A stretch of 64,000 nt of DNA. It comes from an uncultured bacterium. GTDB taxonomy: Bacteria > Margulisbacteria > WOR-1 > CAZGTC01. A program made the position numbers and the translations under genes. Under the pieces are notes generated by a model, which saw nothing but the letters and a program-made list of their open reading frames with translations, had not been told where the DNA came from and did not search any database. The DNA lies in contig CAZGTC010000005.1 in NCBI GenBank assembly GCA_964528395.1, positions 80,840 through 144,839 on the forward strand, given 5' to 3'. Shown here piece after piece: positions 27,546-35,705 of this stretch. The stretch's first letter is position 1; the number at the start of each line of letters is the position of its first letter.

Positions 27546-27947
27546 ATGAAGCTTTCTACTAAAAGTCGATACGCGGTTATGGCGCTTTACGATATGCTTT
27601 GCTGCAAGGAAGAAAAACCAGTTTCCGCAGCAGACATATCAAAACGCCAGGGAATATCCATTGATTATTTAGACCAGATTTTGTCCCAATTGCGCAAAAG
27701 CGGAATTATCGAAAGTGTGCGGGGGCCGGGCGGGGGATACAAGCTGGCAAAAGAAGCGAGCAAAATTAAGATCGGAGATGTTATTCGCGCAACGGATGGG
27801 CCCATTGTTCTTGTTGATTGCGTGGATGATAAATCTGCCTGCCGAAAATCAGATTGCTGCTCAACGCGCTCTCTTTGGCACAAGTTTTCTAAAGAAATTG
27901 AAAAGATGTTGGATAAAGTTAGTTTAACTGATTTAGTGAAACCGTAA
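27546..27947 (+). CDS. iscR: Rrf2 family regulator (IscR-like)
   Basis: MKLSTKSRYAV, SVRGPGGGYKLA, Cys cluster C-x6-C-x4-CC; upstream of iscSU. Start reassigned to 27546. Confidence 0.85.
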   Translation: MKLSTKSRYAVMALYDMLCCKEEKPVSAADISKRQGISIDYLDQILSQLRKSGIIESVRGPGGGYKLAKEASKIKIGDVIRATDGPIVLVDCVDDKSACRKSDCCSTRSLWHKFSKEIEKMLDKVSLTDLVKP

Positions 27948-27948
27948 T

Positions 27949-28007
27949 GTCATACCTGCGTAGGCAGGTATCCAGACTGGATTCCCGCTGGCTTTCGCGG
28001 GAATGAC
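27949..28007. repeat. REP-like element GTCATACCTGCG..GCAGGTATCCAG / CTGGATTCCCGC..GCGGGAATGAC
   Basis: Two inverted half-elements of the widespread GTCATTCCCGCGxAxGCGGGAATCC type between iscR and iscS. Confidence 0.75.
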
Positions 28008-28032
28008 GCGTTGAAAAAAGGAGAACTTAATT

Positions 28033-29202
28033 ATGAAAAAAATATACATGGACCATGCAGCTACGACCCCTTGTGATAGCGAAGTTTTAGAGGCTATGCA
28101 GCCTTATTTTACGGAAGTTTTTGGCAATCCTTCTTCTTTGCACTCTTTTGGCCGGGAAGCAAAAAAAGCGATTAATGAAGCACGGGAAAAAGTAGCGGCT
28201 TTGATCGGGGCAGATCCTACGGAAATTATTTTTACTTCAGGCGGCACAGAATCCAATAACTTTGCACTGCAGGGCATTGCTTTTGCTAATGAAAGAAAAA
28301 ACCATATTATTACTTCAAAAGTAGAGCATGCGGCAATCTTAGAAACCTGTAAATTTCTAGAAAAAAGAGGGTTTCAAGTTACTTATTTGCCAGTGGATCA
28401 ATTTGGCATGATTAATCCAAAAGATGTAGCAACATTTATTACGGATAAAACGATCCTGGTTTCCATTATGCATGCAAATAATGAAGTCGGCACGATTGAA
28501 CCTATTGCGGAAATTGCTGAAATCGTTAAGAAAAAAGGAATTTATTTTCATACGGATGCAGTGCAGACAGTTGGCCAAATTCCAGTGAATGTAAACGAGC
28601 TAAAAGTTGATTTGCTCTCTGCTTCTTCCCATAAATTTTACGGACCAAAAGGCGTGGGTTTTCTTTATGTAAAAAAAGGCACAAAAATTACCCCGTTTTT
28701 ACATGGAGGGGAGCAGGAGAGGGGGCGGCGGGGTTCAACGGAAAATGTTCCAGGGATTGTGGGGTTGGGCAAGGCCGCAGAAATAGCAGCAAGGGACATG
28801 GGGTCAAGGGTTAAGCATCTTAAAAGTTTAAGAGATAAATTGATTGAAGGGATTTTAAAAAATATTCCGGATACGAAGCTCAACGGCCATCCGGAAAAAC
28901 GTTTACCCAAAAATGCGGACTTTTTGGTTAAATATATAGAAGGTGAATCCATGCTTTTGAAGCTGGACTTGGCTGGAATTGCGGTTTCAACCGGCTCTGC
29001 TTGCAGTTCGGGTTCGCTTGAACCATCGCATGTTCTTTTGGCCTGCGGAATAGATAAAGTTGATGCGCACGGGTCGCTGCGTTTTACCTTGGGCAAGAAT
29101 AATACAGAAGAAGATATTAACTATGTGTTAAGAGTTTTTCCAGAGATAGTTAGTAAGCTTAGAGAACTATCTCCATTATACGAGAAAGGAGTTTCTCGAT
29201 GA
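28033..29202 (+). CDS. iscS: cysteine desulfurase
   Basis: YMDHAATTP, FTSGGTESNN, HTDAVQ, SSHKFYGPKG, STGSACSSGSLEPSHVL. Confidence 0.96.
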   Translation: MKKIYMDHAATTPCDSEVLEAMQPYFTEVFGNPSSLHSFGREAKKAINEAREKVAALIGADPTEIIFTSGGTESNNFALQGIAFANERKNHIITSKVEHAAILETCKFLEKRGFQVTYLPVDQFGMINPKDVATFITDKTILVSIMHANNEVGTIEPIAEIAEIVKKKGIYFHTDAVQTVGQIPVNVNELKVDLLSASSHKFYGPKGVGFLYVKKGTKITPFLHGGEQERGRRGSTENVPGIVGLGKAAEIAARDMGSRVKHLKSLRDKLIEGILKNIPDTKLNGHPEKRLPKNADFLVKYIEGESMLLKLDLAGIAVSTGSACSSGSLEPSHVLLACGIDKVDAHGSLRFTLGKNNTEEDINYVLRVFPEIVSKLRELSPLYEKGVSR

Positions 29203-29621
29203 GTGAAGGTTATAGTAATAAAGTGATGGATCATTTTGCGCATCCGCATAATATGGGAGAAATCCCAGATGCAGATGGGGTGGGAACTGTGGGAAATCCG
29301 ACCTGCGGCGATATTATGAAAATGTATATTAAGGTTAAGGATAATAAAATCGAGGACGTTAAATTTAAAACTTTTGGTTGCGGGGCGGCTATAGCAACTT
29401 CTTCCATTGCCACAGACCTGATCAAGGGAAAAACCATTGAAGAAGCGTTGAAGTTGACCAATCAAGCGGTGGTTGAAGCTTTGGACGGCTTGCCCCCAGT
29501 AAAAAGGCATTGTTCGGTCTTGGCAGAAGATGCGGTCAAAGCTGCGATTGACGATTACCTCAAGAAAACAACTGGCAAAGGCATCCCGGATTTTAAGCCC
29601 AGGTCAGATCATGAGCACTAA
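29199..29621 (+). CDS. iscU: Fe-S cluster scaffold protein IscU/NifU
   Basis: GNPTCGD, FKTFGCGAAIA, LPPVKRHCS. Confidence 0.95.
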   Translation: MSEGYSNKVMDHFAHPHNMGEIPDADGVGTVGNPTCGDIMKMYIKVKDNKIEDVKFKTFGCGAAIATSSIATDLIKGKTIEEALKLTNQAVVEALDGLPPVKRHCSVLAEDAVKAAIDDYLKKTTGKGIPDFKPRSDHEH

Positions 29622-30774
29622 AGTTTTGGTAGCGATGTCGGGTGGGGTGGATTCCTCGGTTGCTGCAGCGCTTTTAAAAGAACAAGGCTACGAAGTTTAT
29701 GGCGCAACCATGCAGATCTGGCCGGATGAGTCCAAAAGAGAAGATGGTTGTTGTTCTCTTACTGCAGTAGAAGATGCGCGTCGGGTTTGCGAAATCTTAA
29801 ATATTCCCCATTATGTCTTTAATTTTAAGGATAAATTCAGAGATAAAGTAATCGAAAATTTTTGTGCAGAATATTTGTGCGGCAGGACGCCTAATCCCTG
29901 CATTCGTTGCAATCAATTTATAAAATTTGAAGATTTTATGCGAAGAGCTAAAGAATTGGATATCGAATATATTGCTACAGGACACTATGCCCGAATCGGG
30001 AAATCCAAATGTCAAATATCAAATGTCAAAACAAATCCAAAAACCAAAATCCAAAAATTCAAATATTCGTTGTTAAAAGGGCGGGATAAGCAGAAGGACC
30101 AGTCGTATGCGCTGTATATGATGGACCAGAAGACCTTGGCGCATACTTTATTTCCCATTGGCAATTTAACTAAGCCCGAGGTTCGAAAAATTGCAGAAAA
30201 ATATAAGCTGCCAGTGGCCAAAAAAAGCGAGTCGCAAGAAATTTGCTTTGTGCCGGACAAAAATTACACGGGTTTTATGGAAAAGTACTTAAGTAAAAAA
30301 GCCAAGCCCGGACCAATTGTTGATTTAACTGGTAAAAGATTGGGAACTCACAAAGGCTTGTGGTCATATACCATTGGCCAGCGCAAAGGCCTAGGGATTG
30401 CGCATCCGGTGCCATTGTATGTGATTAAAATTGATGTTAAAAAAAATCAATTGGTGGTTGGCGAGAAAAAAGATGTTTTGCAAAAAGAATTATTAGCTTC
30501 CAATGTTGTTTTTACGGCGGACACCTCGACTTCCTGCCTGCCGGCGGGCACGGCGCTCGGTGTCCGCGCCAAGATCCGCTACAATGATACTGAAAAGCCA
30601 GCTACTTTAAAAGTTCTTCCAAAAGGAAAGGCCAAAGTCACTTTTAAATCTCCCAAAGAAGCTATTACCCCTGGCCAGTCTGTGGTTTTTTATAAGGGGC
30701 AAGAGGTGTTGGGTGGGGGGATTATAATTTCGCCCGCCTCCTCCATTGACCTCCCCAGCACCAAAAACCCATGA
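29611..30774 (+). CDS. mnmA: tRNA 2-thiouridylase
   Basis: AMSGGVDSS, TPNPCIRCN, IATGHYAR, KDQSYAL, ESQEICF, TIGQRKGLG, TPGQSVV; start reassigned to 29611. Confidence 0.97.
   Translation: MSTKVLVAMSGGVDSSVAAALLKEQGYEVYGATMQIWPDESKREDGCCSLTAVEDARRVCEILNIPHYVFNFKDKFRDKVIENFCAEYLCGRTPNPCIRCNQFIKFEDFMRRAKELDIEYIATGHYARIGKSKCQISNVKTNPKTKIQKFKYSLLKGRDKQKDQSYALYMMDQKTLAHTLFPIGNLTKPEVRKIAEKYKLPVAKKSESQEICFVPDKNYTGFMEKYLSKKAKPGPIVDLTGKRLGTHKGLWSYTIGQRKGLGIAHPVPLYVIKIDVKKNQLVVGEKKDVLQKELLASNVVFTADTSTSCLPAGTALGVRAKIRYNDTEKPATLKVLPKGKAKVTFKSPKEAITPGQSVVFYKGQEVLGGGIIISPASSIDLPSTKNP
30001..30064 (+). repeat. in-frame heptamer tandem repeat (CAAATGT/CAAAATC-like) inside mnmA
   Basis: CAAATGT CAAATAT CAAATGT CAAAA CAAATC CAAAAAC CAAAATC...; encodes KSKCQISNVKTNPKTKIQKFK. 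Confidence 0.75.
30517..30567. repeat. in-frame 51 bp nested palindrome inside mnmA
   Basis: GCGGACACC...GGTGTCCGC outer stem with inner TGCCTGCCGGCGGGCA; GC-rich relative to the gene. Confidence 0.75.
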
Positions 30775-31271
30775 TTTTTCATGATGATAAAGTTGTTATT
30801 CCCCAGAACTTCCAAAACACTATCTACTAATTCAATGGTTCCATAGGGTTTTTCTTCTTTGGTTTCAATAGCGGTTTTTAAGTCTAATTTTTCGCAATTG
30901 TGGCCGTGAAAGACAGCGTTTATCTCTGGTCTTTTCTGATAGATAGCAAAATGCAAAAGGCTTTCAGAGGAGGGCTCCCTTGAGCCTTGTGCCGAGATTA
31001 AATTATTCTTAAAATCGCAGTTGATGACTTTTACAAAGCAATCATTAGTTAAATTATCTTTTAACCCGATCTTGGATCCAGTGATAATAAATTCATTTTG
31101 CCCTTCTTTTAACCGGAAGCTCAAATTTCCAAAAGATCCCCCTTCATAAGCTGGGGCTAAATTAAGATCATGGAATATTTTGCACCATTTTTTTAATTCC
31201 TCGATCCGGGGATCATTGGGGATTTCTCGAAAAACGAATTCAGTCTTAAATTTTACTCCGTGATATGTCAT
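30690..31271 (-). CDS. class II aldolase/adducin family protein
   Basis: GNLSFR, PSSESLLHFAIY, VFHGH, MKNHGFLVLG; follows mtnA. Confidence 0.85.
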   Translation of the reverse strand: MTYHGVKFKTEFVFREIPNDPRIEELKKWCKIFHDLNLAPAYEGGSFGNLSFRLKEGQNEFIITGSKIGLKDNLTNDCFVKVINCDFKNNLISAQGSREPSSESLLHFAIYQKRPEINAVFHGHNCEKLDLKTAIETKEEKPYGTIELVDSVLEVLGNNNFIIMKNHGFLVLGRSMEEAGEIIIPPPNTSCPL

Positions 31272-32220
31272 GCGGATTAAAAATTCCTTTTTCTGTAATA
31301 ATGCCGGTGATAAATTTAGCAGGGGTTACGTCAAAAGCTGGGTTTAGGGCGCTTGAACCAGGAGAAGCAACACGGATTTTTTCTATGTAGAGAACTTCGT
31401 CTTGCGACCTTTCTTCAATGGGAATGTTTTTTCCAGACGAACAATTTAAGTCAATGGTTGAAGTCGGGGCTGCAATATAAAAAGGAACCCCATATTCTTT
31501 AGCACAAATGGCTTTTTCGAGTGTGCCAATTTTATTTGCGGTATCCCCATTTTTTGCAATGCGGTCTGCGCCAACAATCATTAAATTGATTTTCCCCTGG
31601 GACATATAATAAGCACCAGCATTATCTGGAATAATGGCATGAGGTACATTTTCATTCTTTAATTCCCAAGCAGTTAGCCGAGCGCCTTGGCTGCGGGGCC
31701 GGGTTTCATCCACATAAACAAAAACTTTTTTTCCAGCATTTTTCGCAGTATAAATAGGGGACAGGGCACTGCCATAATCTACAAAAGCCAGCCAGCCGGC
31801 ATTGCAATGGGTTTCGATATTGAACCCATCTTTTATCAGCGCATTTCCAAATTCCCCAATTTTTTTGCAATTATCGGCGTCTTCATCTGCAATGGCTTGG
31901 GCTTCTTTAACCGGGTCTTTGGAATTGTAAACTCGATTAGTTGCATAAAATAAGTTTTGGGCTGTGGGGCGGGTGGCTTCAATTTCTACCTTAGCCTTTT
32001 CCGGATTCCCTTCTAAAAAACCCTGGGCCATGGCAAAACCTGCAGCTGCGCCAATTGCGCCAGCCCCCCGGACAATCATGGTTTTTATGGCAAAACAGGT
32101 ATCGGCACAGGTTTTGGCTTCAAAAATCTTGAATTCAAAAGGCAGGAGGTTTTGTTCGATCAGGAAAACCGAGTTTCCATTCATCCAAACCGTTCTATAA
32201 TTTTTATCATTAACTTGCAT
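31246..32220 (-). CDS. mtnA: S-methyl-5-thioribose-1-phosphate isomerase
   Basis: MIVRGAGAIG, TRPTAQNL, THCNAGWLA, DETRPRSQGARLTAWEL, ANKIGT, NPAFDVTP. Confidence 0.95.
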   Translation of the reverse strand: MQVNDKNYRTVWMNGNSVFLIEQNLLPFEFKIFEAKTCADTCFAIKTMIVRGAGAIGAAAGFAMAQGFLEGNPEKAKVEIEATRPTAQNLFYATNRVYNSKDPVKEAQAIADEDADNCKKIGEFGNALIKDGFNIETHCNAGWLAFVDYGSALSPIYTAKNAGKKVFVYVDETRPRSQGARLTAWELKNENVPHAIIPDNAGAYYMSQGKINLMIVGADRIAKNGDTANKIGTLEKAICAKEYGVPFYIAAPTSTIDLNCSSGKNIPIEERSQDEVLYIEKIRVASPGSSALNPAFDVTPAKFITGIITEKGIFNPHDISRSKI

Positions 32221-32857
32221 GTTTAATTACGATTAATTGTCTTTTTAATTCGCCAATCTCAACTAGGATTTTTTTATCAATTATACCGCGATATTCTTTT
32301 AGCACGGGCAGGGCTTCTTTTATTTCTTCTTCGATATTTTCACCTTTTTGTGCGATAAATATTCCATTGGGCTTAAGATAGGGCAAGCAGTACTTTACTA
32401 GTTCGTTAAGCTTGGCTACAGCTCGGGCACACACAATATCAAAGCTGTTTTTATATTTATCCGGCAAATCTTCAGCCCGCTGCCAAATAACTTCAACATT
32501 TTGCAGGTTTAAAGCTTTGATTATATGTTCAAGGAAAGTAGTTTTCTTTTTCGTAGCTTCAACTAAAGTTAAATGGATTCCAGGGAAGGCGATTTTAAGC
32601 GGAATTCCGGGAAACCCTCCGCCAGTTCCAATATCTAAAACCTTTTGTTTCGTAAACTGAAGGGCTTTTGCCAAACTAAGGGAATCTAAAAAGTGCTTAT
32701 TTATAATATCTGGGTCTTCTGTTATAGCGGTTAAATTAAATTTCTGGTTCCATTCCTTTAACTCGCGCATAAAGGCCAAAAAAGAATTTGTCTGATGGCT
32801 AGACAGCTCAAGCCCTAGATTTTGCGCGCCTTTAGCTAGATTTCCCTCTAAATTCAT
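32210..32857 (-). CDS. rsmG: 16S rRNA m7G527 methyltransferase
   Basis: WNQKFNLTAI, HFLDSL, DIGTGGGFPGIPL, CARAVA. Confidence 0.96.
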   Translation of the reverse strand: MNLEGNLAKGAQNLGLELSSHQTNSFLAFMRELKEWNQKFNLTAITEDPDIINKHFLDSLSLAKALQFTKQKVLDIGTGGGFPGIPLKIAFPGIHLTLVEATKKKTTFLEHIIKALNLQNVEVIWQRAEDLPDKYKNSFDIVCARAVAKLNELVKYCLPYLKPNGIFIAQKGENIEEEIKEALPVLKEYRGIIDKKILVEIGELKRQLIVIKHAS

Positions 32858-32867
32858 AAATTGCCTT

Positions 32868-33003
32868 TAATTAACAATTAACAATGACCTCAATTAACAA
32901 TGTAGTGTCGCTTTCAGCGACTTATTGCTTTATAATAATTATATAATAATTAGTGCTGGAAGCACACATTGTTGTTAATTATTAATTGTGTAATTGTTAA
33001 TTG
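32868..33003. repeat. inverted TTAACAA heptamer repeats around a GTAG-type REP hairpin
   Basis: TTAACAA units at 32871-32900 mirrored by TTGTTAA units at 32969-33003; GTAGT-GTCGC-TTTCA-GCGAC at 32902-32921. Confidence 0.55.
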
Positions 33004-33012
33004 GAGTTAAAA

Positions 33013-33819
33013 ATGTTTCGAACATATGTATTTATGCTTTTAATTGTTATCTTAATGGGCAGTAGCCTTTGTGCTAAAACGTCTTCAAGCGTGATTTCCC
33101 TTGCTCCGAATATTACGGAGATCATATATTTTTTGGGAGTGCAGGATAAATTGGCTGGAGTTACAACTGCCTGCAATTTTCCATTGGAAGCTAGCAGAAA
33201 AGAAAAAGTTGGCGAATTTGGAAAGGTTAATGTTGAAAAAATTGTTAACTTAAAGCCAGGCCTCATTATAACTGCAAATTTTCCGGATTATCTTTTAGCC
33301 AAGCTCAAACCGTTTAAATATCAAGTCCTTAACTATAAAATGGAAACTATTGATGAGCTTTTGTCTTCAATGGAAGACATGGCTAAAAAACTAGGCGGCA
33401 ATGTTTCAAAGGTTGAGGAATTAAGACAAAGGGTCAAGGGGCAAGTAGCAAGGGGCAAGGATCGGCCGAAAGTTTTAGTCCTTATTTGGGATAAGCCATT
33501 AATGGCAGCAGGAGGCAAGTCTTTTTTGAATGAAATAATTTCCCTTGCTGGCGGGGAAAATGTTTTTAGCAAAATTCCGCAAGATTATCCCAAAGTTACC
33601 TATGAGCAAATTGTAGCGGCTAAGCCAGATATCGTGATTTTTACGCACAAAACTTCGAATTTAGAAAAATTTAAAAATTACAAAATTTATACTAATATCA
33701 ATCCAGACATTTTGCTGCGGCCCGGACCACGACTAATAACTGAAGGATTGGAACAGTTGATTCGAATCATCCAAACTAACCAAAAACCTGCGACTAAAGT
33801 CGCGGTTCCGAAAAAGTAA
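33013..33819 (+). CDS. btuF: cobalamin/iron-siderophore ABC transporter substrate-binding protein (BtuF-like)
   Basis: ISLAPNITEI, EKIVNLKPGLII, AGGENVF, LLRPGPR; signal peptide. Confidence 0.8.
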   Translation: MFRTYVFMLLIVILMGSSLCAKTSSSVISLAPNITEIIYFLGVQDKLAGVTTACNFPLEASRKEKVGEFGKVNVEKIVNLKPGLIITANFPDYLLAKLKPFKYQVLNYKMETIDELLSSMEDMAKKLGGNVSKVEELRQRVKGQVARGKDRPKVLVLIWDKPLMAAGGKSFLNEIISLAGGENVFSKIPQDYPKVTYEQIVAAKPDIVIFTHKTSNLEKFKNYKIYTNINPDILLRPGPRLITEGLEQLIRIIQTNQKPATKVAVPKK

Positions 33820-33845
33820 GGAAGCCGAGACTTTAGTCTCAGGCT
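33785..33845. repeat. inverted REP-like doublet (family A)
   Basis: AACCTGCGACTAAAGTCGCGGTTCC and GGAAGCCGAGACTTTAGTCTCAGGCT; first unit overlaps the btuF 3' end. Confidence 0.7.
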
Positions 33846-33855
33846 AATAAAAAAC

Positions 33856-34803
33856 ATGAAAAATTTAAGTTTGTTTTTATTATCAATTATTGTTCTTGTC
33901 TTTGTTATTCTACTAGCGCTGGCCCTTGGCCCGGTCCAACTGGATTGGAATAATCTTGGCGCTCAAGACCAGATGATCTTGTTTGATGTGCGCTTGCCGC
34001 GCGTTATTTTAGCGCTTTTGGTAGGGGCAGCACTGGCAGTTGCTGGATTAATTATGCAAAGCCTTTTACAAAATCCGCTGGCTGACCCATTTGTCCTTGG
34101 CGTTTCTTCTGGTGCGAGTTTGGGAGCTGTAATTGCTATGATCTTAGGTGTTTTTGTTTTGATAATTCCAGGGTTTGCTTTTGCGGGCGCGGTTTTTACC
34201 ATTAGCCTGGTCTATTTTTTGGCGCAGGGGCGCGGCCGGTTTTTGAACTTGAACCTGATTTTAGCGGGCTTAGTAGTAAATGCCTTTTTTTCTGCCTTGG
34301 TCATGTTTTTGATTTATATTTCAGGCTCCAAATTCCAAGGCATTATGTATTGGATCATGGGGGATTTGGGGGTTGGGGATAAAAATTTAATCTTGGCAGT
34401 GGCAATTGCGGTTTTGGCGGGGATTCTTTTGGCGCTTTTTTATTTTCGAGAGCTCAATATTTTAAGCGGGGGAGAAGAACAAGCCCTGCAGGTTGGTTTA
34501 GAAGTAGAAAAAACAAAAAAAGCGCTTTTCCTAATTGCTTCACTTTTAGCCGGAGCAGTGGTTTCTATCTCTGGAGTAATTGGATTTGTAGGCTTGATTA
34601 TTCCGCATGCCGTGCGCTCGGTTTTTGGCTTGAACCATAAAATTTTGATTCCTGCGTGCGCGGTTTGGGGCGCGATTTTTCTTATCCTCGCAGATATTTT
34701 ATCCCGCATATTAATTCCTAATGTGGAAATGCCGATTGGCGTAGTAACTGCTTTATTCGGCGGTCCTTTTTTCTTATATTTGATGCGAAGGCAAGCTAAA
34801 TGA
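33856..34803 (+). CDS. btuC: FecCD/BtuC family ABC permease
   Basis: RLPRVILA, QNPLADPFVLGVSSGA, GFVGLIIPH, PIGVVTALFGGPFF. Confidence 0.88.
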   Translation: MKNLSLFLLSIIVLVFVILLALALGPVQLDWNNLGAQDQMILFDVRLPRVILALLVGAALAVAGLIMQSLLQNPLADPFVLGVSSGASLGAVIAMILGVFVLIIPGFAFAGAVFTISLVYFLAQGRGRFLNLNLILAGLVVNAFFSALVMFLIYISGSKFQGIMYWIMGDLGVGDKNLILAVAIAVLAGILLALFYFRELNILSGGEEQALQVGLEVEKTKKALFLIASLLAGAVVSISGVIGFVGLIIPHAVRSVFGLNHKILIPACAVWGAIFLILADILSRILIPNVEMPIGVVTALFGGPFFLYLMRRQAK

Positions 34804-35552
34804 TAAAAGCGAATAATTTAAGAGTTAATTATGGCAGCCGGGCAGTTTTGAAAGATCTGTGTTTTCAAGTTGATCCTGGGAAAATCACCGGAATCCTTGG
34901 GCCGAATGGCTCGGGAAAAACAACTTTGTTGAAAACCTTCTATCGCGCGGTAAAAATTATAAGCGGCGATATTTTTTTAGCGGACCAAAATATTCATTCT
35001 TTAAACCAAAGAGAAATTGCAAAAATTGTTGGGGTAGTGCCGCAAAAAATAGAAGCGCAATTTCCCTTTACCGTGCGAGAAATAGTTAGCCAAGGACGAT
35101 ATCCTTATTTAAATAAGTTGGCTCCGCTTCATAAGAAGGATAATGAGGCTATCGATAAAGCATTAAAATTAACCGATAGTTTTGATTTATCCAATCGTTT
35201 TGTAAATGAGTTGAGCCAAGGGGAGGCGCAGAGAGTTTTTATTGCTCGGGCTTTGGCTTCTGAACCCCAAATTTTACTTCTGGATGAGCCGACTTCAAAT
35301 CTTGATATAAACCACGAAATAGAGTTAGCTCGCTTGTTAAAAAAACTGCAAGGGGAGGGGCTTTCAATTGTTTTAGTTTCGCATGATTTGAATTTAGCTG
35401 CACAAATTTGCGATAAGGTTTTTCTCTTGAAGGCCGGGCGGGTTCTTTGTCAAGGAACTCCACGCGAGGTTTTAACTTCTGCCAACATACAAGAGATTTT
35501 TCAGGCGGATGTTAGCGTTGATTCTGCTTCTCGCGTGTTTTGGAATATTTAA
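34800..35552 (+). CDS. btuD: ABC transporter ATP-binding protein (BtuD/FepC-like)
   Basis: GPNGSGKTT, LSQGEAQRV, LLLDEPTSNLD, SHDLNLA. Confidence 0.88.
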   Translation: MIKANNLRVNYGSRAVLKDLCFQVDPGKITGILGPNGSGKTTLLKTFYRAVKIISGDIFLADQNIHSLNQREIAKIVGVVPQKIEAQFPFTVREIVSQGRYPYLNKLAPLHKKDNEAIDKALKLTDSFDLSNRFVNELSQGEAQRVFIARALASEPQILLLDEPTSNLDINHEIELARLLKKLQGEGLSIVLVSHDLNLAAQICDKVFLLKAGRVLCQGTPREVLTSANIQEIFQADVSVDSASRVFWNI

Positions 35553-35601
35553 TATGCAGCTTGTGTCCTCGGTTCTGAAAAGTAAAATTATTTCTCGCTA
35601 T

Positions 35602-35628
35602 GAAATTTTTTATAATTTTGTTCGATAG
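35602..35628 (+). promoter_or_regulatory. putative sigma28-like promoter GAAATTTT-N11-TTCGATAG
   Basis: Same motif and spacing as 3182 and 51532. Confidence 0.5.
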
Positions 35629-35705
35629 AAAATCAAGGAGATAGGCGCGAGGGCAAAGCCCGAGCCTATGTTCTATATAGCTAGAATAAAAAGGTTGCTG
35701 ACCTA

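Noticed and set aside
32858-33012. Cobalamin riboswitch upstream of btuFCD
   Set aside because: Region is short and AT-rich and lacks the GGGAA/B12-box conserved elements.
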